A stretch of 64,000 nt of DNA, from positions 223,627 through 287,626 of the forward strand of contig JANSWZ010000006.1 in the NCBI GenBank assembly GCA_024743215.1. The letters are read 5' to 3'. Positions 56,742 to 64,000 of the stretch are shown here, piece by piece (position 1 is the stretch's first letter; every line of letters starts with the position of its first letter). A model generated the notes under the pieces. The model was not told the origin of the DNA and searched no databases. It saw nothing but the letters and a program-made list of their open reading frames with translations. Both the position numbers and the translations under genes were made by a program. This DNA is from Alphaproteobacteria bacterium. Lineage in GTDB: Bacteria > Pseudomonadota > Alphaproteobacteria > Rhizobiales > GCA-2746425.

Positions 56742-56757
56742 ATGTTATCGATAACAT
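56742..56757. promoter_or_regulatory. GntR/IdnR-type operator ATGTTA-TCGA-TAACAT (perfect 16-bp palindrome)
   Basis: 12/12 match, in the divergent idnD / idnO spacer, 46 nt upstream of the idnO GTG. Confidence 0.75.
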
Positions 56758-56802
56758 ATACAGAAGTATGAACTCCTGTCGAGATGAAAAAGGACCCTTG
56801 GT

Positions 56803-57576
56803 GTGACAATTGGAACGAAGCTTTTTGACCTGACCGGGCGCACTGCGCTGGTAACCGGATCGTCGCAAGGAATTGGGTTTGCGCTGGCAAAAGGTCTGGC
56901 GGAAGCCGGAGCTGCCATCATTATAAATGGCCGCGACAAAACAAAGATTTCCAGCGCGGTGGCCGCGCTGTCATCCATTGGCCCGCAAGTTTATCAACTG
57001 GCCTTTGATGCCACCGACCATGGCGCTGCCAAAGCAGCCGTAGACGGATTTGAAGCTGAAACCGGGCCCATCGACATCCTCATCAACAATGCAGGCATGC
57101 AACACCGCACGCCATTGGAAGACTTTCCGCCAGAAGCTTTTGAAAAGCTGCTGAGCACCAATATTTCTACTGTTTTCAATGTCGGTCAGGCCGTTGCCAA
57201 CCACATGATCAAACGCAATGCTGGAAAAATCATCAACATTGCATCTGTGCAGACCATGCTGGCGCGGCCCGGCATTGCTCCTTATACGGCCACCAAGGGC
57301 GCTGTCGGCAATCTCACCAAAGGCATGGCCACGGACTGGGCGCAATATGGCATGCAGGTCAACGCCATTGCGCCGGGCTATTTTGACACCCCGCTGAACG
57401 CGGCCCTGGTCGCAGATCCGGAATTCAGCGCATGGCTGGAAAAACGCACACCCGCCGGGCGTTGGGGCAATGTCGACGAATTGGTCGGGGCCTGTATTTT
57501 CCTGAGCTCTGCGGCCTCCTCCTTCGTCAATGGCCACACGCTTTATGTCGATGGAGGCATCACTGCCTCGCTCTGA
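56803..57576 (+). CDS. idnO: 5-keto-D-gluconate 5-reductase / gluconate 5-dehydrogenase (SDR)
   Basis: Close by eye to E. coli IdnO: LVTGSSQGIGFALA.GL...GA.IIING, GPIDILINNAG, PYTATKGAV, RTPAGRWG, FVNGH.LYVDGG. Confidence 0.8.
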   Translation: MTIGTKLFDLTGRTALVTGSSQGIGFALAKGLAEAGAAIIINGRDKTKISSAVAALSSIGPQVYQLAFDATDHGAAKAAVDGFEAETGPIDILINNAGMQHRTPLEDFPPEAFEKLLSTNISTVFNVGQAVANHMIKRNAGKIINIASVQTMLARPGIAPYTATKGAVGNLTKGMATDWAQYGMQVNAIAPGYFDTPLNAALVADPEFSAWLEKRTPAGRWGNVDELVGACIFLSSAASSFVNGHTLYVDGGITASL

Positions 57577-57583
57577 TCAAACC

Positions 57584-58129
57584 ATGACACAATCCAACAA
57601 ACAATCTGAGGCAACTACTGCCCGCCTGCTTGTGGTGATGGGTGTTGCCGGGTGCGGAAAATCATCCATTGGTGAAGCTCTGGCCGCCAGGCTGGGAGGC
57701 CTCTATCTGGATGGTGACACCTACCATCCGCAGGCCAATGTGGAAAAAATGAGCCGTGGCGAACCGCTCACCGATGAAGATAGATGGCCGTGGCTGGAGC
57801 GCTTTGCCAAAGAGATGCAACAACGTGAAGGCATCATCATTGGCGGATGCTCGGCGCTGAAGCGCGCCTATCGTGATTGCATTACAGCGGCAGCGGGTGA
57901 ACGAACCACCTTCGTCCACCTGTCCGGCAGCCGGGAGCTGATCCGAAGCCGTATGGATGCCCGCACCGGCCACTTCATGCCGGTCAGCCTTCTGGACAGC
58001 CAGTTTGCGACCCTGGAGCCGCCAGCCTTGGATGAGGACGCTGTCACCATCGATATTGACGCGCCGGTGGACACAATTGTCGCCAACGCAATTGCCGCGC
58101 TGCACAGCCGCGGCCATGAAAGGGAATAG
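57584..58129 (+). CDS. idnK: Gluconokinase (GntK/IdnK family)
   Basis: P-loop VMGVAGCGKSSIGEALA, then LDGDTYHP..N..KM..G.PLTDEDR.PWL. Confidence 0.85.
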   Translation: MTQSNKQSEATTARLLVVMGVAGCGKSSIGEALAARLGGLYLDGDTYHPQANVEKMSRGEPLTDEDRWPWLERFAKEMQQREGIIIGGCSALKRAYRDCITAAAGERTTFVHLSGSRELIRSRMDARTGHFMPVSLLDSQFATLEPPALDEDAVTIDIDAPVDTIVANAIAALHSRGHERE

Positions 58130-58130
58130 A

Positions 58131-59006
58131 ATGTCAAACAAGGTTGCACTCATCGGTGCCGGCGTTATGGGCAGTGCCATCGGCGCACGCCTGCTGGAAA
58201 CAGGAAATCAACTGGCGGTCTTTGATCTGGACAAGGACAAGGTCGCAGCTCTGGTAACAAAAGGCGCAACAGCAGCGGCCTCTGCGGCAGATGCAGCGGA
58301 AGCATCAGACTTCGTTATTCTCAGCCTCAACTCGCCAAACATCGTGCGCGCTGCTGTCTTTGGCAAGGACGGCGTTGCAGCAGGTGCGAAGCCCGGCACG
58401 CTGATCATTGACATGTCATCCATCGATCCAGAATCCACCAAAGCGCTCGCTACAGAGGCGACCGAGCACAAGCTGGAATGGCTGGATTGCCCGCTGTCAG
58501 GCGGTGCTCCCAAAGTGGCCATCGGACAATTGGCAGTGATGGTTGGGGGGCAGAGCGACGCCTTTGAGCGATCAAAAACCGTGATGGATCATCTATGTGC
58601 CAATTACACCTTGATGGGGCCAAGCGGCGCAGGCCAGACAACAAAGCTGATCAATCAGGTTCTGTGCGCATTGAATTTTGTGGCTGTGGCAGAAGCAACT
58701 CAATTGGCACTGGATGCCGGGGTTGATGCAACCCAGATTCCAAAAGCCATTGCAGGTGGCCGCGCCGACAGCGCCATTTTGCAGGAATTCATGGCCAAAT
58801 TTGCACGCAAGGATTACACGCCGACCGGCAACATCAACAATATGGTCAAAGATTTGAACGGCGTGCAGGACCTTGCCCGGATCACCGGCACCGCAATGCC
58901 ATTGACCGCGGTCTGCGCGGAAATTCACCGTGTTCTGGTCGCCGCAGGCCTGGGCGAAGCCGACAATGCCGTTCTGATGAAGTATTTTGAAGGTCCAGCC
59001 GCCTAG
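58131..59006 (+). CDS. NAD(P)-dependent oxidoreductase, 3-hydroxyisobutyrate/6-phosphogluconate dehydrogenase-like (HIBADH family)
   Basis: VALIGAGVMGSAIGARL Rossmann motif and GAGQTTKLINQ. The ATG follows the idnK stop directly. Confidence 0.8.
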   Translation: MSNKVALIGAGVMGSAIGARLLETGNQLAVFDLDKDKVAALVTKGATAAASAADAAEASDFVILSLNSPNIVRAAVFGKDGVAAGAKPGTLIIDMSSIDPESTKALATEATEHKLEWLDCPLSGGAPKVAIGQLAVMVGGQSDAFERSKTVMDHLCANYTLMGPSGAGQTTKLINQVLCALNFVAVAEATQLALDAGVDATQIPKAIAGGRADSAILQEFMAKFARKDYTPTGNINNMVKDLNGVQDLARITGTAMPLTAVCAEIHRVLVAAGLGEADNAVLMKYFEGPAA

Positions 59007-59059
59007 CCTGCGGCCTGATGGGCAAATCCCTCAATTAGTAACCAATACAAAACAAGGAA

Positions 59060-59404
59060 ATGCCCGTGATAACCCGATACGCTTTGTTCGAAGGAACCGT
59101 TAAAGAAGGCCAGACAACTGCCTTCAGAACATTTGTGAATGAAAAGCTGGTGCCGCTTTGGACACAGTTCGACGGCGCAGTGGAAGTCCGCGTCATGTTC
59201 GGTGAAGACCGCGATGAAGGTGCACCGGAATTCCCGTTGATCCTTGCCATCAGCTACGAAGATACAGCCGGCATGGAAAAGGCACTGGCCTGTGATGCCC
59301 GCTTCAAATCACGCGAAGTGACCGGTGAAATGGTGGAACTCTATTTTGATGGGCGCATTCATCACCATGTCATGGCGGCCAACGCGCATCCGCTAACGGC
59401 CTGA
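59060..59404 (+). CDS. Small hypothetical protein, possibly dimeric alpha/beta-barrel (EthD/Dabb-like)
   Basis: 114 aa with a beta-alpha-beta-like pattern (VITRYALFEGTVKEG...F..FV.EKLVPLW). No confident family match from reading alone. Confidence 0.3.
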   Translation: MPVITRYALFEGTVKEGQTTAFRTFVNEKLVPLWTQFDGAVEVRVMFGEDRDEGAPEFPLILAISYEDTAGMEKALACDARFKSREVTGEMVELYFDGRIHHHVMAANAHPLTA

Positions 59405-59416
59405 CGCCAAGTTACT

Positions 59417-60136
59417 CTATTCGTCGGCTTCCTCATTCAGCCGACGAATTCCCGGACCAATCGGCTTCATATGATTGCCGGGATGGACCGGATCAGGACC
59501 CCAGATCGCCTGATAGGTATCAACGGTCCGGCCCTTGGTTTGCAGGCGGATAAACACAACCGCCAGAACACACCACCACAGCGCAATACCAACCCACATC
59601 CAACGTGGTGCGTTGCTGTCCCACAGGCCGGTAAAAATAGTTACTGCCGCAAGCAGGATTGCCGCATAACCTACCGTTTTATGAAAATACTCGAAAACGC
59701 GGCGGCGCGTGGTCATGTCATAATGATCCCCATGCATGGAACCGTCTGCGGCCATCTCGGTCGGTCCGCCCTTGCTCCCGCGATAAATGCCGGCAATGAA
59801 CTGAAACAGGCAGAACACCACAACAGTCCAGCCAAGCACCGCATGAAGATGCAGGTGGAAGACACGGCCCGGATTGGTGAGGATCACAACAAGCGCCACA
59901 AGCACGACCACGCCACCAGATATCTGCAGATACAGATGCGACCGCCACCACGCCAGATTATCCACTTCGCGTGGCCAATCCTGACGCGGCATGATTTTAA
60001 AAAAACGGGCAATGATGACACCCAGCGGCAGGAGAAATGCCCAGGCCAGAACCATCAGGCGCCCATGCCACGCAACGTTAAAACCAACCTCGTGCAATCG
60101 CGATGGATCGATTGGTAATAACAGCCACTCAATCAT
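59417..60136 (-). CDS. Cytochrome b561-like (eukaryote-type b561 domain) membrane protein
   Basis: 6 TM helices with conserved His pairs (WHGRLMVLAWAFLLPLGVIIARF; SHLYLQ; HLHAVLGW; YFHKTVGY). Confidence 0.5.
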   Translation of the reverse strand: MIEWLLLPIDPSRLHEVGFNVAWHGRLMVLAWAFLLPLGVIIARFFKIMPRQDWPREVDNLAWWRSHLYLQISGGVVVLVALVVILTNPGRVFHLHLHAVLGWTVVVFCLFQFIAGIYRGSKGGPTEMAADGSMHGDHYDMTTRRRVFEYFHKTVGYAAILLAAVTIFTGLWDSNAPRWMWVGIALWWCVLAVVFIRLQTKGRTVDTYQAIWGPDPVHPGNHMKPIGPGIRRLNEEADE

Positions 60137-60138
60137 GC

Positions 60139-61011
60139 TCAGCCTTTAACAGCGCCTGCTGTCATACCGGTGATGATCTGCCGTGACGCTACAAAGGTGA
60201 AAATAATTGGCGGGACCGCCAGCAGCATGCCGGTTGCCATGATCACACCCCAGTCGATATCGTATTCAGTCAGGGAGTTCACAATGGTCACAGGAACTGT
60301 GCGCGAGTTTCGGTCTGCCAGCGCATTGGCCAATAGGAATTCGTTCCAGGCAATGCGGAAGGTGAAAATCGAGGCCGCAGCCAATCCCGGTTTGATGATC
60401 GGCAGCACCACCAGAAAGAACACCTGGAAAGGTCCGGCGCCATCCATCCGCGCAGCTTCTTCAAGCTGAATCGGCACCTGAATGATGAAGCTTTGCAAAA
60501 TCCAGATCACAAAGGGCAGGTTCATGGCGACATAAACCAGAATGATGCCCATCTTTGTACCGTCAATCTGGAACTGGAAGGTCCAGATACCGAATACGGG
60601 AACCAGCAGAACAGCCGGTGGCACCATGCGCATGACCAGCGTGGTCAATGACACTGTATCCCGGCCCATAAAGCGGAACCGCACAATTGCATAGGCTGCC
60701 ATGCAGCCAATCACCAATGTCAGTGCAGTGGATATGATCGCAATCGTCAGTGAGTTCATCAGCGCACGACCAAAGGTCGGATCGCAATATTCCACATGCT
60801 GCGGCGCATACCACAACATGTCACACAGCGCGGTTTCGTAATTGCGCAGTGTTGGCATGAAAAACAGGCTGGCCGTGTCGGACATGATGTCGACATTGAG
60901 CTTCAGCGAGGTCATCAACATCAGGACGATCGGTCCAACCGACATGACGACCAACGCAACAATCAGCGCATAAAAGGCCGGGTTTTGCTTATCATAAACC
61001 TTGTCAGCCAT
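60139..61011 (-). CDS. Carbohydrate ABC transporter permease (CUT1)
   Basis: EAA loop EEAARMDGAGPFQVF. 6 TM helices. Confidence 0.85.
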   Translation of the reverse strand: MADKVYDKQNPAFYALIVALVVMSVGPIVLMLMTSLKLNVDIMSDTASLFFMPTLRNYETALCDMLWYAPQHVEYCDPTFGRALMNSLTIAIISTALTLVIGCMAAYAIVRFRFMGRDTVSLTTLVMRMVPPAVLLVPVFGIWTFQFQIDGTKMGIILVYVAMNLPFVIWILQSFIIQVPIQLEEAARMDGAGPFQVFFLVVLPIIKPGLAAASIFTFRIAWNEFLLANALADRNSRTVPVTIVNSLTEYDIDWGVIMATGMLLAVPPIIFTFVASRQIITGMTAGAVKG

Positions 61012-61928
61012 CAGTCATCTCCCTCGGCTGCAGCCCGCAATCGTGCAGTGCGCATTTCAGAAACCTTGTTGTAGAAGAACATCGCCAGCGTCAGCAGCAG
61101 CAGGACGATCAGCAAATAGTTCGACATCGCCGCCGCTTCGCCAAGTTCGCGGAATTCCGAAGCTGTTCGCGATATGCGCAAGGACAGAATTTCGGTCGAC
61201 AGTCCCGGTCCGCCATTGGTCAGCACCAGCACAACCTCCAGAACCTTGAAGGCATCAATCAGGCGCAGCAGACAGGTCACGATCAGAACCGGCATCATCA
61301 GCGGCAGCTTGATATGCCAAATCTGCTGCCAGCCGGTCGCACCATCAATACGGGACGCCTCCAGCGCAGATTGCGGCAGCGACTGCAAAGCCGCCAGTGA
61401 CAGAATGAAAATGAAAGGCGTCCATTGCCACACATCGGCAATGATCACCGACGTAAAGGCCCAACTGCCATCGGACAGCCAGGGAACGGGTTCAAAGCCC
61501 AGCGATTTCAGCGTGCGGTTAAAAATACCAACGGTCGGGTGATACATGTAGCGCCACATCAGACCGACCACGATGGGAGCGATCATCATGGGCAGAATAA
61601 ACAGCGTGCGCAGCGCTGACATGCCTCTGATATTGCGGTCCAGCAACAGTGCCAGACCAACGCCGACAAGCATTTCCAGAAAAACAACAATTCCGGCGAA
61701 TTTCAAAGTAACGGAAAGGCTCTCACGAAAGCTCTCATCGCCCAGAAGGTTGATGTAATTTCGCAGGCCGACAAACTCGGCTTCGCCAATGCGTTGGCTC
61801 GGGTTCCAATCCAGAAAACTGGCATAGATCATATAGCCAATGGGATAGAGCAGCGCGATGACAAGGATCACGACCGCCGGAGCCAGAAACATATACGGGG
61901 TCAACCGATTGACATTTGCCATTTGCAT
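61011..61928 (-). CDS. Carbohydrate ABC transporter permease (CUT1)
   Basis: EAA loop LEASRIDGATGWQQIW. 6 TM helices. Confidence 0.85.
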   Translation of the reverse strand: MQMANVNRLTPYMFLAPAVVILVIALLYPIGYMIYASFLDWNPSQRIGEAEFVGLRNYINLLGDESFRESLSVTLKFAGIVVFLEMLVGVGLALLLDRNIRGMSALRTLFILPMMIAPIVVGLMWRYMYHPTVGIFNRTLKSLGFEPVPWLSDGSWAFTSVIIADVWQWTPFIFILSLAALQSLPQSALEASRIDGATGWQQIWHIKLPLMMPVLIVTCLLRLIDAFKVLEVVLVLTNGGPGLSTEILSLRISRTASEFRELGEAAAMSNYLLIVLLLLTLAMFFYNKVSEMRTARLRAAAEGDD

Positions 61929-61976
61929 GATGAGTGCCTGCGTTTCCCTGGAGTGAGAACAGTGATTTGGGGATTC

Positions 61977-62003
61977 GGAACGGGGCTGAATGTGCCCCGT
62001 TCC
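61977..62003 (-). other. Intercistronic GC stem-loop after the binding-protein gene
   Basis: GGAACGGGGC-tgaatgt-GCCCCGTTCC: a 10-bp perfect stem in the 101-nt SBP-permease spacer, with no U-tract. Confidence 0.45.
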
Positions 62004-62029
62004 GGGTATCGGGTTCTAATCTTGGGAGA

Positions 62030-63358
62030 TCAGTTCCAGGTGTAGTAGCCAGCCTCGTCCATGATGGCCCGGGCACGCTCGGCAACACCATCCAGAGCTT
62101 CCTGAGGATCAAGACCTTCGGTCAGAACCTTGGACATTGAGGTTCCGATGTCGGCATTGATCTTGCCCCAGGTCGGGATGATTGGACGCCAGTCAGGATC
62201 AGCATATTTCAGGGCTTCACCAAAGGTAGCGGAATAAGGATATTTCTCATTCAGCCCGGCATCTTCGTAGGTTGAAAAGCGCGATGGGTTTCCACCGGCC
62301 ATGGCAACCATCAGATCACCCTTTTTGGAAGTCAGCCACTGCATCAGCAGGAAGGCAGCTTCCTTGTTCTGCGCGTTCTGCGGAATGGCAATGCCAAATC
62401 CACCCGTCTGGGAACCGCGACGGACACCTTCTGGATGAAGGGCATAGCCAACTTTGCCGGCTACTTTGGATTTGGAAGGATCTTCAAAACCGGCAGCAAA
62501 GGCAATTGAGTCCATGAACATGGCAGCCTGACCCTGCGAGAACGCAGCAGCCGCTTCAGCAGGTCCGAAAGTCTGTGCACCTTCTGGACCACAATCCACG
62601 ATGGTTTTCAGAGCATTTGCAGCCGCAACACCGGCTTCATTGTTGATGATCGGGTTCCACTCACCGTCAAACACACGGCCACCCAATGGCGCCAGATGCA
62701 GAAGGAATGCGTGGCTGGCCTGATGGCCTGAGGCTGCACGGGATGCCATGCCACCAACACCAGGCTCAACTTCCGGAATTTTGCAGGCTGCATCGAGAAG
62801 CTGGTCATAGGTTTCAGGAACCGCAATGCCATGCTTTTCGAAGATATCCTTGCGATAGGCCAGAACGGATGTTTCAGATCCGAACGGAATACCATAAAGG
62901 GAGCCGGTTTTGCCGGGCAGATAACCCTTCGTGCCACCGGCAACGCCAATATTCTGCACATAACCGTCAATCAGATCATCCGCATCATATTTCGGATCAG
63001 ACAGTTTTGGGTTCATAAAATAGCGTGCAAGATTCTCAAGCTGATCGGCAAACACGTAATCGGCTTTGGAGAACACCACATAGGCGATCAGATCGTAATC
63101 GCCTTCATCCTTGGTCAATTCCAGGGTCTGGCGCTCACGCATTTTGAGATATTGCAATTGATCCACTTCAACGCGGATACCGGTTTCCTTGGTGAATTCC
63201 GGCAGAACTCTCATCACCGCATTGTAGTGCGGATGAGCTGGAAAATTGACCACCAAAGTGGTGCCTTCATAAGGCTCATATGGGTTTGCCAGGACAGTGG
63301 ATGACATCATGGCCAACCCGGCTGCCGCAGCCGTTGTGTATTTCAGGAAATTCAGCAT
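62030..63358 (-). CDS. Extracellular solute-binding protein (family 1)
   Basis: Start set at the ATG preceded by GGGAGG (MLNFLKYTTAAAAGLAMMSSTVLA signal peptide). Confidence 0.85.
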   Translation of the reverse strand: MLNFLKYTTAAAAGLAMMSSTVLANPYEPYEGTTLVVNFPAHPHYNAVMRVLPEFTKETGIRVEVDQLQYLKMRERQTLELTKDEGDYDLIAYVVFSKADYVFADQLENLARYFMNPKLSDPKYDADDLIDGYVQNIGVAGGTKGYLPGKTGSLYGIPFGSETSVLAYRKDIFEKHGIAVPETYDQLLDAACKIPEVEPGVGGMASRAASGHQASHAFLLHLAPLGGRVFDGEWNPIINNEAGVAAANALKTIVDCGPEGAQTFGPAEAAAAFSQGQAAMFMDSIAFAAGFEDPSKSKVAGKVGYALHPEGVRRGSQTGGFGIAIPQNAQNKEAAFLLMQWLTSKKGDLMVAMAGGNPSRFSTYEDAGLNEKYPYSATFGEALKYADPDWRPIIPTWGKINADIGTSMSKVLTEGLDPQEALDGVAERARAIMDEAGYYTWN

Positions 63359-63390
63359 CAATGTTTCCTCCCTAAGTGCTGAGAATAGGC

Positions 63391-64000
63391 TCAAAGCCGC
63401 TTTCCGGACGTGTGGTCGAAAAGCATTATTTCGTCCGTGCGAATTGCAAACTCGTTGATTTCGCCCGCTTTGACAGGTGAAGAACTTTCGTACTCCACAA
63501 GAACATCGGCAGCGCCACAGCGCGTCACCAGAACAGATTGGGCACCCAGATATTCCGAGACGATGATCCGCAGGGAAATAGGCGCGCCTTGTGAGACATC
63601 CGACGAGAATGACGACGGACGGATACCGACAGAAACTGACTTGTCAGTGTAACTGGCAAGCCGCGTGGATTGTTCATCTGTCAAAGGCAAGGAAAAGCCG
63701 TCGCCCTTGACAGTCAGCTGTCCGCTTTCGGTCATCAGCTCGCCATCCAGGAAATTCATGGTCGGGCTGCCAATGAAGCCGGCGACAAATTTATTGGCCG
63801 GGGATTTGAACAACTCTTCCGGAGTGCCCTGCTGCTGAATAACACCTTCGGACATCACGACAATGCGGTCGCCCAGCGTCATCGCCTCAATCTGATCATG
63901 GGTCACATAGACCATGTTCTTGTCGAGCGTGTTGCGCATCTCAGCCAGCTCAGTGCGCATTTTGGCGCGCAGCTTTGCATCCAGATTGGACAATGGCTCA
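63391..64000 (-). CDS. Sugar ABC transporter ATP-binding protein (MalK/UgpC type), 5' end outside the window
   Basis: Begins at the window edge within ...[10 protein letters not shown] (Walker B/D-loop), followed by [10 protein letters not shown] and a TOBE-like C-terminus. Confidence 0.85.
   Translation of the reverse strand, partial: EPLSNLDAKLRAKMRTELAEMRNTLDKNMVYVTHDQIEAMTLGDRIVVMSEGVIQQQGTPEELFKSPANKFVAGFIGSPTMNFLDGELMTESGQLTVKGDGFSLPLTDEQSTRLASYTDKSVSVGIRPSSFSSDVSQGAPISLRIIVSEYLGAQSVLVTRCGAADVLVEYESSSPVKAGEINEFAIRTDEIMLFDHTSGKRL

Noticed and set aside
1-64000. CRISPR arrays, tRNA/rRNA genes, IS elements, integrases, prophage genes or known defence systems.
   Set aside because: I saw no spaced direct-repeat array. 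No ORF has transposase, integrase, RT, nuclease or ATPase-defence hallmarks. All large ORFs are accounted for by metabolic, transport, respiratory or regulatory families.

Overview
A gene-dense 64 kb chromosomal segment of moderate GC with about 62 protein genes. The gene content looks alphaproteobacterial: ccoNOQP-ccoGHIS next to hemN and fnrL, an Omp25/31-like porin, and many TTT, TRAP and ABC uptake systems. This organism assignment is inference.

Gene order, left to right:
- a truncated PaaK/CapK-type adenylate-forming ligase, a beta-barrel OMP and a methyltransferase-fold ORF
- two tripartite tricarboxylate transporter (TTT) loci; the first has a TctA-TctB fusion permease, and the second heads a 7-gene acid-sugar-type operon (enolase-superfamily dehydratase, DHDPS-like, GntR, PdxA-like)
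- DUF302, a tandem HD-GYP protein, and a signal-peptide-less sulfatase in a CUT1 ABC importer operon with an IclR regulator
- the complete cbb3 oxidase and assembly cluster, including ccoQ and ccoS, which I translated by hand because the ORF track misses them, plus two perfect FNR/FixK boxes
- a hemerythrin-like gene coupled to hemN, then fnrL
- a GntR + SDR + TRAP operon
- DUF899, an ECF sigma and a VWA-domain putative anti-sigma, back-to-back with a DGPF(YciI)/ECF42-type sigma cluster (VOC, MAPEG, TfoX_N, DUF2461)
- an 0.8 kb ORF-poor convergent spacer
- soxR with a textbook SoxR box driving DMT and MATE exporters, then MipA
- an L-idonate/gluconate locus (RbsABC-like ABC importer, LacI-type regulator, lactonase, GlcG, idnD, idnO, gluconokinase, HIBADH-like) carrying four ATGTTA-N4-TAACAT operators
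- a small alpha/beta protein, a cytochrome b561-like membrane protein and another CUT1 ABC operon that runs off the right edge

I found no rRNA, tRNA, CRISPR array, transposase, integrase or recognisable defence system. I do not see a clear, entirely novel multi-gene system. The items most worth a second look are the unexplained 819-nt spacer, the two adjacent ECF modules, the tandem degenerate/canonical HD-GYP protein, the TctA-TctB fusion and the hemerythrin-hemN unit under an FNR box. All family calls come from reading the translations, not from database searches.
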